DNA of 64,000 nucleotides. It comes from Lama glama (Eukaryota). Made by a program: the position numbers and the translations under genes. The stretch lies in assembly GCA_028534125.1 (NCBI GenBank), contig CM052816.1, positions 36,458,001 through 36,522,000 on the forward strand, given 5' to 3'. How positions within the stretch are numbered: the first letter of the stretch is position 1; every line of letters starts with the position of its first letter. Shown here in pieces: positions 37,986 through 50,384 of this stretch. The notes below the pieces were generated by a model that was not told the DNA's origin, made no database searches, and worked only from the letters and a program-made list of their open reading frames with translations.

Positions 37986-40234
37986 GTAAGGCTTTTTTTC
38001 TTCCTGTGCTTAAAAAGAAGTAACAGAGCCCATAAAAATGACTTGCTTGAAAACTATCAGTCTACAATTTAATTTTAGTAGTATGCATTCTTGCAGCTAG
38101 GAGGGAGACAAAACTCTGATGTGCTTTAGCTTATAGAAATCATTTGAGCATTTCTACAAATATTTACCAGCATGTATAAGTAAAAGTAAAAAATAAATCA
38201 TTTGGATTGGTGAGCAAGGTACAGTTACAACCCTACAAAAAGATAACTAAACAGCAAACCAGTGGTGTGGCTGAGCAGCTAGACCCTAAGTAATAGAAAA
38301 GAAATAGGGCGTGGCAGGAAATGAGCTAATGGAGCTAACAAAGAGTCACCCTACCCCACATAAGGGGAAGTTATATAAACACTGGTGCTGAATGAGAATC
38401 AGTGCCTAAATTTTGTATTTTTATAAAGGAAATTGGAAACACTACCTTCTGTTCATTTAATGGATGTTTAATAGATGAATGCCAAACAGGTACCTATGAA
38501 AGTTATCCAAACTCACCAAAGTTCTTTTGGATCAACAAATATTCAGAATGATATGGATGCATTTCTGAACTGTTCATTCAAACTTGCCAAGGTAGAAAGA
38601 ACTAAGAAAAATCTGAGGCAATCAGATGCATTTCAGGAAAACAAGCACTCCAGCAGCAATATATTACATGTATTAGATATGACACTGACCTCTCATTAAA
38701 AGGCTAAAACTAGCACATGTGAACTAATGGCTCAATAACTAAGTACTGGTAAGGACAAAATTTTTTTTAGTAGGCTCTGTAATGAGGAAAGATTCCATAA
38801 TATTAAGACAAAAAGAAGAATTAGTAATATCCTCCAATTCACAGTATTCAGGTGAGGATTTCACATTCAATGCAATTCAGGAAAGTCAACTTTTATAGGT
38901 GTTCATGGGGAACTAGAAATGCTTTGAAGATAGATACTTGATAGTCTAATGTTGATTATAGAGCAAAAGAATGTGTTCCTACAAAACTGATAATGGTACC
39001 AAACACACAGTTTGTGTACAGAGATGTAAAGCACAACATTTGATTAAATTATAACTCTTCTTATTGTGACTATTGTTTAAGGAATTTTGAAAGGACAGAT
39101 GGTATAGGTGGAAAGAACAGGACCTGAAAATAAATATTGTTGCTTGGATATTTTAGTTTTGTCAATTATTACTCTATAAAAATATTCTTAAGCTCATTAC
39201 TTCCCTCTGTCCCTCCATACCTCTCTCCCTTGGTTCCTCCATTTCTTCCTTCCTTCTTTATGATTTGGTCTATATGTCCATTCAGTTATTTGAACCTGGA
39301 CTGCCTCAATTAAATTTTGAGCTGGGACCTACTATTGAAGCATCAAGTTTCTCAGTTGCTCTCTAAATGATTAAAAGATGACTTTTCCAGAGCAACATGG
39401 TTCAGAAGATTGAATCTGAAGAGAATAGCAAACACTGCGCTCCTCATGTCACTTTCTATCACTGAAATGCGTGCAGTAGATGCTTCATTACTAGAATACT
39501 TTTCTCTTTATTCTTTTAGTGATGAAGTTGAGCAGCATTAGCCAAGCATGACATACTAGGTCTTTTTAAACAAACACATCAATCTTGTGTTTTGATGTTC
39601 TCAGTTCATTATTTGAGTGATGGAGTGAAATCATGGCTTCTTTGTGGGGTTAGGACTCAAATTAGATCTAAAATCTGGGTTAATGACATTTTGTTACCAC
39701 AATTAGTTTTGGAGAATAAACAATTACAGAGATATTTAGAGCTAGGGATTCTAGTTGAAAGTGAAAATAGTTATGCTTCTAAATATAGTATAAGTAATAT
39801 TTGATTAATCTCTGGACATTGAATTGTCTTTATTATCCTTTTCTTTTCTTTTCAAATTTGTATTGTTTTCCTTACGTTTTTCAAATAATAAAATGCATAT
39901 ATACATACACACACACATATAAAAATAAGGTGGAATTTTGACAATTCAGAAAGAGTAAAAATTACACACAATTTTTAAAGTTAGAGATTACCATTGTTAT
40001 AATTTCACATATATTTCCTTCCTTTTTATAGTATGTATCATACTGCATATACAATTTAGCATTCTTTCACCTTTGGTTTTCATTTGAAGTCATAGTATAT
40101 TTTTACTGCTATTTAAAAATACAAAAAACTCAACTTATATTGCACACTATGTCAGAAGTACTGCAAATAGCCTATTTTATTCTTCATTTTAAAGTATTCA
40201 TTTAATACCAATTTTAGCTATTATAAAAAGAATG

Positions 40235-43200
40235 ATGAGAGAAAAGATCAAAATGGTAGAGTAGGAGGACATAGAACACACCTCTTACCATGATTACATC
40301 AAAAGGGCATCTAAGGGGGAAGGGTATAGCTCAGTAGTAGAGTGTGTGCTTAGCAGGCATGAGGTTCTGTGTTCAATCCCCAGTACCTCCATGAAAATAC
40401 AAACATACATACCTACATACATACATAAATTACCCCCCCAAAAAACTCCAAAATACACCTACATATGGAGCAATCCTCACTGAAAGCTAACTGGAGACTA
40501 GCAGAAAGACTCCTGTACAACCAAGGCTGTAAGAAAGATTCACACAGAATCAGGTAAGAAGGGAAGAGAAGCAGTCAGGTTGGGACCTGTGTGCACCTAG
40601 GAGAGGAAACAGAAGAGGGAGGACTTTAAGGGTGGAGATCTTTTACGGGGAGTGGTGGTTAGAGCAATATATTTGGTCCCCCATCCTGGGGTCTGACACG
40701 AGGAAGACAAGTTCCCCTTAGCAGGTTAGAAAACTAGTGAGACCAACAGGAGGGCTATAAGAAACATAGACTCCACTCATGAAGAGTATACACACAGTTG
40801 TTTACTCCCAAAACAGGGGAGGGAAAACAGACTGAAGCTGCACAGAGCTCTGTCCAGTTTCCCACAACCATTCCAGCTCATAGCCCAACCTGAGCCAGAC
40901 AGCTGCTCCACATTGCTTGTTTTGTGAGGCAGCTTCCACACTATGTTGAGGTCTTCCATGGCCAAGGGGAGTGCTCACTTGTGATGGACAGTGTGATGGA
41001 CACAGAATGGAATCTGAATGCAGCAGGGGAAGCCATTACTGGCATTTATGGAGACCACACATCAGGAGTGGTTCTGAACTCTTACTAGGGGCAGGGCTGC
41101 CACAGATTACACCCAGACCCAGGCCAAGCACTCGCTTCAGCCATCTAGATATAGCATTGCTCTCATTTTGGGAGAGGGTGCTGGTGCTGGGAGTAAGGAG
41201 ACCATACACTTAGACGGATTAGAGCCAGCCTGGACCTTAACCTCAGGGCTTCTGCTCCAGCAACTTGGGAACTACCCCACTTCTAATACTTGGCCACTGA
41301 GTAGAGGAGAAGCCCTGGGTGAACCTGGCTCTAGCTCTTTCTCATCCATTTCCAGCCCCACCTTCTATAAAGGTGATAGCTACCAGCATACCCTGGGGAA
41401 AGATGTGACTTATGCTCTCATCAGATCCAGCTCTCATATCAAAGCCTCTGGGCACATACAGACTCTACAGAGATGATTCCACACAAGAACACCTCTTCAA
41501 ACTGTAATAGGTAACTCTTTTACCTAATTTCAAAAAGACAGAGAAATGTAAGCAAAATGAGAAGACAGGGTAATTTGTTTCAACAGAAAGAACAAGAGAA
41601 AATCCTTGAAAAACACAACTAATGAAACAGAATAGAAATAAATTATTTGCCAGATAAAGAGTTCAAAGCATTAGAAATAAAAATGCTAACTGAGTATGAG
41701 AGAGGAATAGATGAACACAGTGAGAATTTTAACAAGGAACAAAAACTATAAAAAAGAATCAGTTAGAACCAAAAATACAATAACTGAAATAAAAAACAAG
41801 CCAGAAGGAATGAATAGCAGACTAAGTGATACAGAAGAATGCGTAAGTAGTCAGGAAGATAGAACAATAGAAATCACTCATTTAGAACAGCAAAGAGGAA
41901 AACAAATTTAAAAAATGAGAACAGCTTAAGGGACCTGTGGGACAACATCAAGGGTATCAACACCTGCATTACAGGGGTCCCAGAAGGAGAAGAGAGCGAG
42001 AGAAAGGGATTGAAAATGTATTTCATGAAATTATGGCTGAAAACATCCCGAACCTAAAAAAGGAATCAGATAACCAGGTACATGAAACACAGAGGGTCAC
42101 AAACATGAATAACCTCAAAATCCACACCAAGGCATGTCATAATTAAAATGGCAAAAGTTAAAGACAGGAGAGAATTCTAAAGGAAGAAGAGAAAACATAG
42201 AGTCATATACAAGAGAACTCCCACAAGTACATCAGAAGATTTCTCTGCAGAAATTTTGCAGGCCAGAATTGAGTTGCATAGTCTATTTAAAGGGCTGAAA
42301 GGAAGAAACCTGCAATCTAGGATACTCTACCTCTCAAGATTAGCATCTAGACTTTAAGGGGAAATAAAGAACTACTAAACAAGCAAAAACTGAAAGAATT
42401 CAGCAATACTAAACTTCCCTAAAAGAAATATTAAAGGGTCTTCTCTCAGTGAAAAAGAAAATGATACAATAATAAATAAGTACCTATAGGAAAGGAAAAA
42501 ATCTCACCAGGAAAGGAAAATATACAGTAAAGGCTGAGGATTAAGCACTTAAGTAAGATAATACAAAGATTAAAAGAAAAAATATGTAAACTCATCTATA
42601 ACTACAATAAACAGTGAAGGGACAAACATGAAAATATAAAATATGACATAAAAAAACAAAATGTGGGGGAGGAGAATAAAAAACAGTAGAGCTTTTAGAA
42701 TGTGTTTGAACTTAAATGCTACCAGTTGCAAACAAGTAATACAGTTATAGGTCAAGATATAGGAATTCTATGGTATTGACAAATCAAAAAACTACAATAG
42801 ACACATTAAAAACTAGAAAGAAAGGAACACAAGCATACTACTACAGAAAATCATCAAATCATGAGAAGAAACTAAAAGAAAAAGAAAACACAGGATTACA
42901 AAAAAAAAAAAAATCCCTGTAAAGCAAGTAACAAGATGGCCATACATACATACCTATTAATGATCACTTTAAATGTCAATGGACTAAATGCTAAATATTA
43001 ACACAAATAAAGGGAGAAATTGACAATAACACAATAATAGTTGGACTTTAACACCCCCACTTACATCAATGGATAGATCACCCACACAGAAAATCAATAA
43101 GGAAACAATGGTCTTAAGTGACACATTAGACCAGTTGGACTTAGCAGATTTCTACATTCTATTAAAAAACAGAAAAATACACATTCTTTTTAAGTGCACA

Positions 43201-45575
43201 TGGAATCTGATCACATGCTAGACCACAAAAACAAGGAAGTTTATAGTGATACAGGTCTACCTCAAAAAATAAGAAAAAAATCTCAAACAACCTAAACTAC
43301 CACCTAAAGAAATTAGATAAAGAAGAACAATTAAAGCCCAAAGTCAGCAGAAGGAAGGAAATAATAAAGGTCAGAGAGAAAAATAAATAAAATAAGAAAC
43401 ATTAAAAGCAACAACAAAACAATAGGAAAGATCAATGAAAACAAGAGTTGTATTTTTGAAAAGGTAATAAAAATTGATAAAACTTTAGCCAGGCTCACCA
43501 GTAAAAAAAAGAGGGAGCACCCAAATTAACAAAATAAGAAATAAAAGAGGTAAAATAACAACTGATATCACAGAGATAAAAACAATCATAAGGCAATTGT
43601 ATGACTAGTTATATGTCAACAAATTGGAAAGCCTAGAAGAAATGGACACATTTCTAGAAACATAACAACCTGCAAGACTGAATCAGGAAGAAGCAGACAA
43701 TCTAAACGGACTGATCACTAGTAGTGAAATGAAACTTGTAATAAAAAAAATACAAGCATACAAAGTCCACGACTGGACAGCTTCACAGGGAATTCAACTA
43801 AACATGTAACAAAGTGCTAATATCTATCCTCAAATTATCCCCCAAAATTGAAGAGGAGGAAACATTTCCAAATTCATTCTAAAAGGCCACCATTATCCTG
43901 AGACAAAACCAGACAAAGACACTACTATAAAAAGAAAACGATGGGCCAATATCTCTGATGAGTATAAACGCAAAATTTCAACAAGATATTAGTAAACAAA
44001 ATTCAAAAATATGTAAAAAGCATCAACACCATGATCAAATTTCAAGGATGTAAGTTAACAAAATGAAGGGTAAAAATCACATGATTATCTCAATAAACAC
44101 AGAAAAAGCATTCAACAAAATTCAACATCCATTCATGATAGAAACCCTCATCAAAGTGGATATTGAGGGAACATATTTCAACATAATAAAGGTTATTTAT
44201 GACAAACCCAGAGCTAACATACTCTATGGTGAAAAGCTGAAAGTTTTTCCTATAAAATCAGGAACAAGGCACTCAAGTCTACTCTCGCCACTTGTATTTA
44301 ACATAGTATTGGAAGTCCTAGCCATAGCAACCAGACAAGTAAAATAAATAAAAGGCATTCAAATCAAAAGGGAAGAAATAAAACTGTTACTATTTTCAGA
44401 TGACATTATACTATATATAAGAAACTTTATAAAGTCTCCACCAAAAAGCTATCATAATTAATTAACAAATAAAGTTGCAAGATACAAGATTTATGGAAAT
44501 CTGTTTCTTTTCTATACAGTACAAATGAACTATCAGAAAGAGAAAGCAAGAAAACAATTCTGTTTAAAATTACATGACAAAATAACAAAATACCTAGGAA
44601 TTAACCAAGGTGGTGAAAGACCTATACTCTAAAAACTGCAAAATACTGATGAAGGAAATTGAAGATGATACAAAGAAATGAAACAATATCCCATATTCAT
44701 GTACTAAAAGAATTAATATTATTAAAATATCCATATTACCTAAATAAGTTCACATATTTAATGTAATCCCTATCAAGATAGTCAAAGTGTTTCTCACAGA
44801 ACTAGAACAAATAATTCTAAAATTTATATGGCCCCACAAAAGACCTCTTGTCAAAGCAAACTTAAGAAAAAAAGAACAAAGCTGGAGGTAACACAGTCCC
44901 TGATTACAGACAATACTACAAAGCTACAGTATACAAAACATTATGGTATTTGGCACAAACACAGACACACAGATTAATGGTACTGAATAGAGAAATCCAG
45001 AAATAAACCCAAGTATTTATGGTCAAGTAATCTATGGCAATGGGGGCAAGAATATACAGTGGGTAAAGGACAGTCTCTTCAATAAGCTGTTTTGGGAAAA
45101 CTGGACAGCTATTTGTAAAAGAATGAAAGTAGAGTATTTCCTTACACCATATAAAAAAATTTTAAATGGATTAAAGACTTAAATATAAGACACAAAACCA
45201 TAAAAATCCTGTAAGAGAACATAGACAGAGCAGTCTTTGACATAAATCACAGCAATATTTTTTTAGATCTGTCTCCTAAGGAAAAATAAATAAAAACAAA
45301 AATAAACAAATGGGACCTAATTAAAGTTAAAAGCTTTTAAACAGCAAATGAAATCATCGACCAAAGAAAAAGACAATCTGCTTAATGGGAGAAAACATTT
45401 GCAAATGATAATGACTGATGAGGAATTAATATCTAAAATACATAAAGAGCTCAAACAACTCAATATCAAATAAACAAATAACCCAGGTAAGAAATGGGCA
45501 GAAGAAGTGAATAAACATTTTCTCAAAGAAGATGCACAGATGGCCAATAGGCATACAAAAAGATCAACATCAAGT
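40235..45575 (+). mobile_element. LINE-1 with 5'UTR, decayed ORF1 (about 41555-42470) and ORF2 (from about 42937), internal deletions, 3'-truncated
   Basis: 5' GATCAAAATGGTAGAGTAGGAGGAC. ORF1 relics EGMNSRLSDTEECVS..EDRTIEIT and ENVFHEIMAENIPNL. ORF2 start CACTTTAAATGTCAATGGACTAAATGC. RT motif [21 protein letters not shown] and TTTTCAGATGACATTATA (F-x-D-D). Similarity ends near ATGGCCAATAGGCATACAAAAAGAT. Confidence 0.93.
40315..40450 (+). mobile_element. tRNA-derived SINE, camelid Vic-1-like, nested in the L1 5'UTR
   Basis: GGGGGAAGGGTATAGCTCAGTAGTAGAGTGTGTGCTTAGCAGGCATGAGGTTCTGTGTTCAATCCCCAGTACCTCCA, then an A-rich linker and AATTACCCCCCCAAAAAA; Pol III A- and B-box remnants. Confidence 0.85.
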
Positions 45576-46849
45576 GTCCTCTTTTGCAAAAATAAAGGCA
45601 AAATCCTTTAATGAGATATATCCCATAAATGAATCCCAGATGCTCAATTAGTTCCTTTTCTGGTAAACTGATGAATTCCTCTGAAGACATCTTTAAATAG
45701 AAATATTGTTTAAAAAATTCTCTAGGTAATTTTATTTACACAAAACTCCTAAAAAATGTTAATTCTGGTGAACTATGTCAAATTAGTATGACCGTAACAT
45801 AAACTTGAAATAAAGTGTATATCCAGGAAGTCATGAAAGAGAAATATGAAAGCCAATAAGAAACTATTAAAACAAAGCTTAATCAAATATTGCAATTATA
45901 GCTCAAGGCACTATGAGTCTACTTAAATAAGATTAGTGAAGCAGTGTCAGGACTTTAGAGAGATATGAAGATTGAGAGAGGTTCCTGAAGATGGGCAATA
46001 AACCAAACTAAATAACCAGAAAACAGAGTGACTGGTGAGCTTGAACTCAATATATGACAAGAGTTTAGAGAATATGGTTAAAAGGATGCTTTTAGTTAAT
46101 ATTAAAAATGAATCAGTGATAACTAGGACCCAAATGAATGGGCAAAAATAAATAATTTTTTACTAACTGCATCAATATAATATTATGCATTATTAGATTG
46201 AAACAATGGTAAGGAAATAATGTTTCAACATTAGTCATAAGTTTGAGACTTAGGAAAATATGGGGAAACAGCAAATAGATGATATAAAAATTAAATTATT
46301 TGTGTATACATATGTATTCTCACTACACAAAGGGTACTTTAAAGCAGCATAGGAAATATGATATAAATATCTAAATGTAAAAACCATGTTTTAAACTTTA
46401 TTCTCAGAAATATTCAGAAACAAGCTAAATAAGTATCAATTTGAAGAAAACTTATAATAAAAAGCCTTATGAAAGATTGTCATAATGAACATTTTGCCAA
46501 TGATTTGCAATGTATATGTGTCGATTAAAATATGAAAACACTTTGAGACATTTGGTTATGAACTATGCTGATTATGTACATATGGGAAGGATATTTATTT
46601 ATTGGTTGAAAAATTGTGAGCTAAAAGATAATGAGTCTAAAAAGATGGTTAACTCTAAAATAATGATCTAAAAATTTTAATTATGTTTCAACTTGTTAAA
46701 CAATAAATGTCCATTGCTGTTTTGTAGGCCTAGACTTCTCTTAATTGGCTTCATTAAACTCTTTACTTTTTTAAACTTGAATTAAGCTAATATTCTAAAG
46801 AATAATCTCCTCAAATAAAGTTAACAGATTTTTTTCACATTATTTTGAG

Positions 46850-47225
46850 CATCTTATTGGAGTATAACAGTTTGTTTCATTTGATTTATGAATTAGTTGT
46901 GAAGAAATTGACAGCTTTACAGTATTTATTATAGAACATATGTTTTTCCATTTTTGAAAGTCATTTTTGTGCATAAGTACAATTTTGTAGTTCTCTTGAT
47001 ATAAGTTCTTACATTTCTTTTAAAGTTTCTTGTTAGGCTAATTATATTTTCCATTAGTATTTTGAATGAAATTATCCTTCCATTGTATTTCATAATTGAT
47101 TTTTATTACAATTCAGGAAAATGTATTGGGTTTTGAATGTTATCCAACTGGCTTATTATATAATTAGTCCGAATACTTTATAAGTTGATTGTCTTAGTTT
47201 TTTAAAGTACAATCTATATGCAAGA
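46850..47225 (-). mobile_element. Ancient L1 ORF2 fragment
   Basis: GAAGAAATTGACAGCTTTACAGTATT...TCTTACATTTCTTTTAAAGTTT...TTATCCAACTGGCTTA resembles reverse L1 ORF2. Confidence 0.5.
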
Positions 47226-47334
47226 TAAAAGTTAACAATGTTCATCAAATAAATCTAATACAGCAGTTGAAAGAGCTATGGCTTAGGTATAGCAGCAATT
47301 ATGAAAATAATTTTATTATCTTAGTCACAATTAA

Positions 47335-47760
47335 TTATTATTTATTAAGCATTAAGTGCCTACCACTATTCAAAATACCAGTGATACAGCAGTGAACAAA
47401 CAGACAGAAATCCCCGCCTGCATGGAGCTTATTATTTTAGTGGAAATGGACAACCCAAATTCATATTCTCAGTGGGAAGAAAAGCCATTGGAAGGTTCTG
47501 AGTAGAAAAGGGACATGATATGACTTTTTTTAGGGCTTACTTTAATACTATAGCACTGCATATAGGATAGACAAGATTTGAAACAGAGACCTGGTAAGAG
47601 ATTGTTGCAACGGTCTAGGTGACAGATGATGGTGACTTGAACCAAAATGATAGGTTCAATTCATCAAGATTAAACAAACCTTAGTGAGAAATCACTGTGG
47701 ATTCTGGATTTATTTGAAGTAAAAGGTAATAGGGTTTGTTGATAAAGCAGACACGGGGAG
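47335..47760 (-). mobile_element. LINE-2 (L2a/b-like) 3' fragment
   Basis: TATTTATTAAG...TGCCTACC...GATACAGCAGTGAACAAACAGACAGAAATCCCCGCCTGCATGGAGCTTA, AGCCATTGGAAGGTTCTGAG, GTCTAGGTGACAGATGATGGTGACTTGAAC. Confidence 0.85.
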
Positions 47761-47859
47761 TTAAAAATTAATAAACAGACTTGTCATAAATTTGAGTCTA
47801 GGATATGTAAATAAACAATGACCACTGTTAGGTTGCATTTTAAGAATTCTCCAGTGTGT

Positions 47860-48360
47860 AACAGTGGGCTACCCTTTATTCCTATTTGCAATATTGCCTT
47901 CATTTTTGGATATCATAATTTAAATGGATTATAGACTGAATGCAATCTGCACAGAGGAGTGTCTCCATGATGGTCAAAAGCACTGGAATCATATCATATA
48001 TGAAGTACACTTTAAGGAGCAATTGACTTTAAACATAATGACTTAGAAGAGTCAGGTGAGAATTAACAGCTTTTTCAAATACATTGTGTCATGTGGAAGA
48101 GAAATTAAGCTTTTTAAAAGTGGACCCCATGAGGCAGAATTAGTATGTGATGAGTGTATGTTAGATGGACACATTATAGAGTGAAATCTGAATTGTTAAT
48201 TTTATGCCTGGTCTATAATGTAATTGTCCTTGGATAGTTTTCCTTTTTATTCAAGGCAGGCAAGCACAGTTTACATGAGAGCTTGATAGAGATATTATAT
48301 TATGAAAGAATTCCTATGTCAATTGAGTGACTCTTCCAAACTGAAGGTATTGGTTATTCT
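47860..48360 (+). mobile_element. CR1/L3 LINE 3' fragment
   Basis: TTGCAATATTGCCTTCATTTTTGG...CAGAGGAG...GATGGTCAAAAG...TTCAAATACATTG-TGTCATGTGGAAGAG...CTTCCAAACTGAAG resembles the L3 3' region. Confidence 0.6.
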
Positions 48361-49252
48361 ACAAAATTGCTTGATTACTCCACTTGATGTCTAGAATATT
48401 TATAGAAGGTTAGGAGGATATAAATATTTAAGGGTATTTTGAAAACTAGTGATTCTGACAAAGTCTAGATAAGATAATCCTTCTAAATGACTTTTTCTTT
48501 TCCTTTGAAAAAATAAAATTAGCAGTAAAATTGCCTCAGGTAATATTTATTATGCTTTGCTGCAAGTAATTCTGTGTTGTTTCTTTTTACCCCAATATAC
48601 TGAGGCTTATTTCAAGTAAACCTCTCTTTAAATTTCCTGTGTGAAAAACTAGTTTGCCTCCAAATAAACATAGTAATAATAATTCCTAGTAGGTTTAATT
48701 TACTTCACATGATTTGAAACTAAAAATGCCTAAAGAAATTTCTTTTCTTTTTTTACATTGGTTGGATTCAACTACAATATTCATTAGATTGTAACAATGG
48801 AGTTGATACAGTAGTTACTTAAGGCAAAAATTTTTGTAAATCACAAATTTTAAATTTTTTTTGAAACTCTCATATATCCTATGTGATTCTGAAAAGTTGA
48901 AACTTCTTATTAAATTTGCATAAATATTTGACATTTGGTCTTACCAAATTAGTATATTATTATTTGAAAATTAATGTGACAATTTGATAATTTTAGATGA
49001 CAATTATTTTTCAAAAACAATGTACATTTATTTTGGAAACACAGTTGAAGAATGGCTTTATCCATGTAGGAAATATACAGCTTTAGTGGGCTCATCACTT
49101 ACAGTTTAAATAATTTTAAACTGCCAACTCATTCATTTTCTGATACTGAAAATTCTGTAGTTTGACTCAATCTCAAGATACATACTTAACTCAAAGGGTG
49201 ATCAAGACAAATTTCTAAGTGAAGCACTACAGACCTCAAGTATCCTACTACT

Positions 49253-49274
49253 GCTTTGCTTTGCTTTGCTTTGC
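49253..49274. repeat. (TTGCT)n pentanucleotide repeat
   Basis: GCTTTGCTTTGCTTTGCTTTGC. Confidence 0.9.
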
Positions 49275-49667
49275 CTAGTGTCCCAGTCTGAAACAGTACA
49301 AGGTTCCAGCCTTCAAGCTTCAAGCTCCCTTGAATTCTATTTTTTCATTAATAAGCCCCGTTTTAGGGATGAACGTTCAGGTTTATTATGTATTTAAATT
49401 TGAAGGAGTGATAACTAGCAGAGACCAGTTCTAATGAATAAAGACCTCACTATGCTGAAGGAGAAGGAAGGGATAATTATGACGTGTGGCATTACTGGGG
49501 AGAATAAGAGCTCGGTTTTGTAGAGAACTTGATTCATGAGGTTTGAGTGAGAGAGAGATAATGGGAAATGTGATAATCTAGGGGGAAAATGAGGTAAGTA
49601 GAAATTCTGCTTCTCTCTGTGGTGTGTTGATTTATTGTGGGGATGAAGATTATAGGTAATGGGACCC

Positions 49668-49709
49668 AATCTAATAATCTAATCTAATCCAATCTAATCT
49701 AATCTAATC
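49668..49709. repeat. (AATCT)n pentanucleotide repeat
   Basis: AATCTAATAATCTAATCTAATCCAATCTAATCTAATCTAATC. Confidence 0.9.
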
Positions 49710-50384
49710 ACTATTTCTCTTAAAAAGCAGAGAGAGCCATCAACTAGTAGAGGGGTTCTCAGAGAGGAGTAAACTATTCTTTAGGGTTATTATATAGAAA
49801 GTGCAAGGTCATGACAATGCTTACAGGTGATAAGCCACATCTCCTTATAAATTATAGTGTTTGTTCCTAAGAAAGGTTAATCTCCACTTTTGCATGTACT
49901 TGTTTATTAGGTAAATTAAAGCAAAATTTGCGAAAGCATTTTTGCACGGGAATTTGGAAAGCTTCCCTCCCCACTTTTGTAGGTAAAGTCTGAGGCACTC
50001 AAGCTTACAAGGTTAGACTTGGAACAGACTGAGATTTGGGAGGAGGACTGAATGGAAAGAACTCTGTGTTTTGGGGATGGGGATACTGGATTGGCAGACT
50101 TAAAAAAGATGTTTCAGTAAGAGGGGAAGACACTGAAAAGGAAAGGTAGAACTTACAATTGCCACATCCTAATATCTCAGTTCTTCCTCGTAGAAGATTA
50201 AGAAAATATTTCATATTGTTAAAATTATAAAACTCTGTTGTTCCTACCTTTTACACATTGTTGTTTTGAAATCCACAATACCTTTTTATCCATATAAGAC
50301 TAGAGAATGGAGAGAAACCTTCCCCTAACATCCAGCCTTTATTTGGGGGATTGTTTCATTGTCTCCCTTGCAGTTTAGTTTTAT

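Noticed and set aside
40315..40392. tRNA-like sequence
   Set aside because: Degenerate stems and B box, followed by a SINE tail and nested in an L1; it is a SINE, not a tRNA gene.
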